Assembly (NCBI GenBank): GCA_038231135.1
Contig: JBBRLX010000036.1
Location: 1-43,753, forward strand
Origin: Candidatus Eiseniibacteriota bacterium
Lineage (GTDB): Bacteria > Eisenbacteria > RBG-16-71-46
DNA: 43,753 nt
Direction of reading: 5' to 3'
Part shown: in pieces, positions 39,328 to 43,753 of the stretch
How positions within the stretch are numbered: position 1 is the stretch's first letter
How the letters are laid out: each line of letters starts with the position of its first letter
The notes under the pieces: model-generated
The model's input: only the letters and a program-made list of their open reading frames with translations
Database searches by the model: none
Told to the model about the DNA's origin: nothing
Position numbers and translations under genes: made by a program

Positions 39328-40767
39328 ATGGTCCGACTCGTGAATCCGAGGCGTCGCACCCCGTCCGCGGTTCGTGCCCTCGCGGCCGCGCTGACCGCCT
39401 GCGCGCTGTTCGCCGTGATCGTGCCCGCGGCCGCCGGACGCACGCCCCGGCCCGGCCACCCGGCCCATGCGGTCCATGCGACGATGCCGTCCGCGGCCCG
39501 CGTCGACTCCACCGCCGGCGCCTATCGCCATGCGGTGTACGGCACCGCGCACGGCGAGAGCCGCGTGCTCGAGTTGAAGCTCGAAGGCGTGGTGTCGCCG
39601 GTGATGGCGGGCGCCCTCGACGAGGCCCTCACGCGCGCCGAGCGCCAGCAGTATCGCGCGCTGCTGATCGTGCTCAATACTCCGGGCGGCCTCGAGTCGA
39701 GCATGCGCACGATGATCCAGCGCATGCTCGGCTCGAGTGTGCCCGTGCTGGTGTGGGTCGGACCGAGCGGCGCGCGCGCCGCGTCCGCGGGCGTGTTCGT
39801 GACCATGGCGGCGGACGTGGCGGCGATGGCGCCGGGCACGAACATCGGCGCCGCGACCCCGATCAACCTGCAGGGCCCGATGGATTCCACGCTGGCGCGC
39901 AAGGCCGCGAACGACGCGGCGGCGTTCGCGCGCAGCGTGGCGGCGCAGCGCGGTCGCAACGTGCAGTGGGCGGAGCAGGCGGTGCGCACGGCGGTGGCCG
40001 CGAGTGAGACCGAGGCGCGGGACCTCCATGTGGTCGATTTCATCGCGGACCACGAGGCCGACGTGCTCGCGAAGGCGGACGGCATGGAGTGGAAGCGCGA
40101 CGGTGTGACCCACACGCTGTCCACGGCCGGGCTGCCGATCGATGTCGTCCGCCCGGGCTTCCGGCAGGGACTGCTCGGGCTGCTCGCCGATCCCAACATC
40201 GCCTACATCCTGCTGATGCTGGGGTTCTACGGGCTGCTGTTCGAGCTGCAGAATCCGGGCGCGATCCTACCGGGTGTGGTGGGCGGCATCTGCATCATCC
40301 TCGCGTTCTTCGCGCTGTCGACGCTGCCGGTGAACGCCGCCGGCATCGCGCTGATCCTGCTCGCGATCGTGTTCTTCATCGCCGAGATCAAGGTCGCGAG
40401 CCACGGCCTGCTCGCCGCGGGCGGTGTGATCGCGATGCTGCTGGGGTCGCTGTTCCTGTTCCAGGGCGAGGGTGTGCGCGTGTCGCTCGCGGTGATCCTG
40501 GGCGCGACCGGCACCACCGCCGCGTTCTTCCTGATCGTCATCGCGGCCGGGTTGCGCGCGCAGGGCAGGCCGGTGGCCACCGGGGTGGGCGCCATGGTGG
40601 GACGGCGCGCGGTCACGCTCGATCGCATCGCGCCGCGCGGCCGGGTGCGCCTCGGCGCCGAGATCTGGAACGCGCGCAGCACGCAGGACGTGGCGGTGGG
40701 AAGCGAAGTCGTCATCACCGGTGTGGACGGCCTGACCGTGGACGTCCGCCCGACCAAGGAGGCTTGA
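39328..40767 (+). CDS. nfeD: NfeD-family membrane-bound serine protease (long form)
   Basis: [27 protein letters not shown] bundle, C-terminal OB fold (GEIW-like GAEIWNARS); upstream of stomatin gene. Confidence 0.9.
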   Translation: MVRLVNPRRRTPSAVRALAAALTACALFAVIVPAAAGRTPRPGHPAHAVHATMPSAARVDSTAGAYRHAVYGTAHGESRVLELKLEGVVSPVMAGALDEALTRAERQQYRALLIVLNTPGGLESSMRTMIQRMLGSSVPVLVWVGPSGARAASAGVFVTMAADVAAMAPGTNIGAATPINLQGPMDSTLARKAANDAAAFARSVAAQRGRNVQWAEQAVRTAVAASETEARDLHVVDFIADHEADVLAKADGMEWKRDGVTHTLSTAGLPIDVVRPGFRQGLLGLLADPNIAYILLMLGFYGLLFELQNPGAILPGVVGGICIILAFFALSTLPVNAAGIALILLAIVFFIAEIKVASHGLLAAGGVIAMLLGSLFLFQGEGVRVSLAVILGATGTTAAFFLIVIAAGLRAQGRPVATGVGAMVGRRAVTLDRIAPRGRVRLGAEIWNARSTQDVAVGSEVVITGVDGLTVDVRPTKEA

Positions 40768-40768
40768 T

Positions 40769-41551
40769 GTGGGTGCCGTAATGGGGTCGCTGGCGTTTTT
40801 CGTGGTGCTGCTGGTCGTCGTGGTGCTGCTGAACGCCATCCGCGTCGTGCGCGAATACGAGCGGCTGGTGGTGTTCCGGCTCGGCCGGCTGGTGGGCGAG
40901 CGCGGACCGGGACTGGTGCTGCTGTTCCCGCTGATCGACCGCGCCGTGAAGGTCGGGCTCCGCACTGTGACCATGGACGTGCCGCCGCAGGACATCATCA
41001 CGCGCGACAACGTGTCGGTGAAGGTGAACGCGGTGATCTACTTCAAGGTGGTGTCGGCGCAGTCGGCGGTGGTGCAGGTCGAGAACTTCCTGTACGCCAC
41101 GTCGCAGATCGCCCAGACGACGCTGCGCTCGATCCTCGGTGAGAAGGAACTCGACGAGCTGCTCGCCGAGCGTGAGAACCTGAACCAGGCGCTGCAGCAG
41201 GTGATCGACCGCCAGACCGAGCCGTGGGGCGTCAAGGTGTCGACGGTGGAAGTGAAGAACGTCGACCTGCCGCAGGACATGCAGCGCGCGATCGCGCGGC
41301 AGGCGGAGGCCGAGCGCGAGCGGCGCGCCAAGGTGATCAACGCCGAGGGCGAGTACCAGGCGGCGACGCGGCTCGCCGAGGCGGCGGCGGTGATCGGCAA
41401 GGAGCCGGCGGCGCTGCAGCTCCGCTACCTCCAGACGCTGGCCGAGATCGCGACCGAGCATAATTCCACGATCATCTTCCCGGTGCCGGTCGACTTCCTG
41501 CGCGCGTTCATGGACTCCGCCGGACGCCGCGATGCGAAGGACAACGCTTAG
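40769..41551 (+). CDS. Stomatin/SPFH (slipin) protein
   Basis: [62 protein letters not shown]. Confidence 0.95.
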   Translation: MGAVMGSLAFFVVLLVVVVLLNAIRVVREYERLVVFRLGRLVGERGPGLVLLFPLIDRAVKVGLRTVTMDVPPQDIITRDNVSVKVNAVIYFKVVSAQSAVVQVENFLYATSQIAQTTLRSILGEKELDELLAERENLNQALQQVIDRQTEPWGVKVSTVEVKNVDLPQDMQRAIARQAEAERERRAKVINAEGEYQAATRLAEAAAVIGKEPAALQLRYLQTLAEIATEHNSTIIFPVPVDFLRAFMDSAGRRDAKDNA

Positions 41552-41623
41552 CGGATCGCGGCGCCGCCGCCGGATGCCCCGGGCACCCGGCGGCCGCCGC
41601 ACGCGGGTCCGCACCGGCGGCTC

Positions 41624-42541
41624 ATGCGCATCCTGATCTCGGGGGCGAGCGGATTCCTGGGCTCGGCGCTGACGCCGCGGCTCGAGTCGAACGGCCACAC
41701 GGTCGTGCGGCTGGTGCGGCGTGCCGCCACGTCCGCGACCGAGATCACCTGGGATCCGGCGCGCGGCGCGCTGGCGCCGATCGCGGTGGAGCAGTTCGAC
41801 GCGGTGATCCACCTGTCGGGCGAGGGCATCGCCGACCAGCGCTGGTCGCAGGACCGCAAGCAGCGGCTGCTGAACAGCCGGGTCGAGAGCACGCGGCTGC
41901 TCGCCGAGACGCTCGCCCGCCTCACGGCGCGGCCGAAGGTGCTGGTGTCGATGTCCGCGGTCGGCTGGTACGGAGATCGTGGCGACGAACAGCTCACCGA
42001 ATCGAGCCGGGAGGGCAGGGGGTTCCTGGCTTCGCTCGCGCGGGCGTGGGAACAGGCGGCGGAGCCGGCGCGGCGCGCCGGCATCCGGGTGGTGCATCCG
42101 CGCCTGGGTGTGGTGCTGGCCGAGCACGGCGGCGCTCTGGCGCGGCTGCTCACGCCGTTCCGGCTCGGTCTCGGCGGACCGCTCGGCGGCGGGCGCGCGT
42201 GGTGGAGCTGGATCGCGCTCGAAGACGTGCTCGCCGGCATGGAATACGTGCTCGCGCACGACGTGCTCGTGGGTCCGGTGAACTTCACGGCGCCGAACCC
42301 GGTGCGCAACTCCGAGCTGGCGCGCGCGCTCGGCCGCGCGCTCGGCCGGCCGGCGTTCGTGCCCACGCCGCCGTTCGCGCTCCGCCTGCTGTTCGGCGAA
42401 ATGGCCGACGACGTGCTGCTGGCGAGCGCCCGCGCCCTGCCGGCCAGACTGCTCGAGACCGGCTACGCGTTCCGCCAGCCGATGCTCGAGCCGGCATTGC
42501 GCGACGCGCTGGGCCGGCCGGCGGCCACCGCCGCGGCATGA
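41624..42541 (+). CDS. TIGR01777-family NAD-dependent epimerase (YfcH-like)
   Basis: ISGASGFLG, SAVGWYG, GLGGPLGGG, WSWIALED, NFTAPNPV. Confidence 0.9.
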   Translation: MRILISGASGFLGSALTPRLESNGHTVVRLVRRAATSATEITWDPARGALAPIAVEQFDAVIHLSGEGIADQRWSQDRKQRLLNSRVESTRLLAETLARLTARPKVLVSMSAVGWYGDRGDEQLTESSREGRGFLASLARAWEQAAEPARRAGIRVVHPRLGVVLAEHGGALARLLTPFRLGLGGPLGGGRAWWSWIALEDVLAGMEYVLAHDVLVGPVNFTAPNPVRNSELARALGRALGRPAFVPTPPFALRLLFGEMADDVLLASARALPARLLETGYAFRQPMLEPALRDALGRPAATAAA

Positions 42542-43332
42542 CCGCCGGCGCGATCGAGCCGGCCAGGGCCGGTGGCGCGCCGGTCCTGGATCCCGCGATT
42601 CGTCTGCGCGACGTCGTGCGCGAATACGCCGTTTCGGAACCGGAAGGCGCACGCGCCGCGGCGGCCGGCGCCGCGCGGGTGCGGGCACTGGACGGCGTGT
42701 CCCTCGAGGTGCCCCGCGGCCAGCGCGTCGCGGTGATGGGGCCGAGCGGCTCGGGCAAGAGCACGCTCCTGCATCTCGTCGCCGGCATCGACGTGCCCAC
42801 CGCGGGCGAGGTGTGGGTCCTGGGCCGCGAGCTCGCGCAGCTCGACGACGACGCGCTCACGCGCTACCGGCGCGACCACATCGGCCTGGTGTTCCAGGCA
42901 TTCCACCTGCTGCCGACGCTGTCGGCGCGCGAGAACGTGGCGCTGCCGGCGTTGCTGGCCGGCGGCGACGAACGGACGCAACTCGCGCGCGCCGACGCGC
43001 TGCTCGACGAAATGGGGCTCGCGGCCCGGCGGTTCGCGGCGCCGCACACGCTGTCCGGCGGCGAGCTGCAGCGCGTCGCGCTCGCCCGGGCGCTGATCCG
43101 CGAGCCGGCCCTGCTGCTCGCCGACGAGCCCACCGGCAATCTCGATTCGCGCGCCGCCGCCAAGGTGCTCGAACTGCTGGCGGCCGCCGGTCGCCGCCGC
43201 GGCGCGACGCTCGTCATCGTGACCCACAGCGCGGAAGCCGCGGCGCTCGCGGAGCGGGTGATCGAGCTGAGGGACGGGCGCATCACCGGCGATCGGACCG
43301 TCACGGCTCCGGCCACCGTTGTCCCCGCGTGA
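42538..43332 (+). CDS. ABC transporter ATP-binding protein (LolD/MacB-type)
   Basis: GPSGSGKST, LSGGELQR, LLADEPTGNLD, VTH; ATGA overlap with previous gene. Confidence 0.93.
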   Translation: MTAGAIEPARAGGAPVLDPAIRLRDVVREYAVSEPEGARAAAAGAARVRALDGVSLEVPRGQRVAVMGPSGSGKSTLLHLVAGIDVPTAGEVWVLGRELAQLDDDALTRYRRDHIGLVFQAFHLLPTLSARENVALPALLAGGDERTQLARADALLDEMGLAARRFAAPHTLSGGELQRVALARALIREPALLLADEPTGNLDSRAAAKVLELLAAAGRRRGATLVIVTHSAEAAALAERVIELRDGRITGDRTVTAPATVVPA

Positions 43333-43408
43333 CGCACGGAACCGGCGCCGGGCCCAGGTCCCGGGAGCCGCAGCCGCGCGGGCCGTGGGCCGCCGCGCGC
43401 GGGCGCCC

Positions 43409-43753
43409 GTGACGGCGGCGTTCCGCTGGGTGATCCTGCGCCGGCTGCGGCACGAGCGCGCCCGCACGCTGCTCACGCTGCTGGGCGTGGCGCTCGGCGT
43501 CGGCGTGTTCGTGAGCGTGCGGCTCGCCAGCACCTCGGCGCTGGCGTCGTTCTCGGACACCGTGGACGCCGTGGCGGGACGCGCGAACCTCGAGGTCGAG
43601 GCGGGGGGCGAGGGGTTCGACGAACGGCTGTTCCCGATCGTGCGCGGAGTGCCGGGCGTGCTCGCGGCGGCGCCGCTCGTGCAACTGGACGCGCTCGCCC
43701 GGCCCGGCGGCCCGCCGCCCGCCGCCGCACCCGCCGGGCCCACGGCGCGCGCC
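43409..43753 (+). CDS. ABC transporter permease (FtsX/MacB-like), partial
   Basis: GTG 43409: ...RTLLTLLGVALGVGVFVSVRLAS.SALASF.DTVDAVAGRANLEV; frame open to the window end. Confidence 0.85.
   Translation, partial: MTAAFRWVILRRLRHERARTLLTLLGVALGVGVFVSVRLASTSALASFSDTVDAVAGRANLEVEAGGEGFDERLFPIVRGVPGVLAAAPLVQLDALARPGGPPPAAAPAGPTARA

Noticed and set aside
43329..43412. 27-codon ORF bridging the ABC ATPase and permease with GTGA overlaps
   Set aside because: Low-complexity product with no other support; likely chance in GC-rich DNA.

Overview
Very GC-rich, gene-dense chromosomal window from a diderm bacterium. The combination of a complete Tol-Pal cluster, an Omp85 protein, bacillithiol genes and a protein with a T9SS/FlgD-like C-terminal domain suggests an FCB-superphylum lineage such as Ca. 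Eisenbacteria; this is inference, not a database result. Left to right: an AT-richer edge with a gene start running off the window and an orphan ORF; a 1283-aa secreted purple-acid-phosphatase-type metallophosphoesterase with tandem Ig-like repeats; a 50-aa Gly-zipper membrane peptide missed by the ORF track; a cupredoxin lipoprotein; TlpA; tolQ-tolR-tolA-tolB-pal-cpoB plus Omp85; a run of adenosine-specific kinase, FAD oxidoreductase, MBL hydrolase, gamma-CA/DinB fusion, SDR-like protein, moaB and dcd; a GT4; a solitary dnaK; a UDP-HexNAc dehydrogenase; FAH hydrolase, amidohydrolase and ECF sigma; uppP; murJ; a CaCA antiporter; bshC-bshB1-bshA-DUF1611-epimerase; a histidine kinase; rsgA; thrC; nfeD-stomatin; TIGR01777 epimerase; and an ABC transporter cut by the window end. 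I saw no rRNA, tRNA, CRISPR array or transposase. Best leads: (1) a candidate leaderless Cys-Cys uORF between a near-consensus promoter and the cysteine-consuming bshC; (2) the bacillithiol operon coupled to a DgcN/DgcA-like pair, with an H1-like tail on BshA; (3) a gamma-carbonic-anhydrase/DinB fusion; (4) sigma-54 motifs upstream of dnaK and the phosphatase; (5) a recurring near-leaderless promoter architecture. All calls come from reading motifs by eye; no searches were run.
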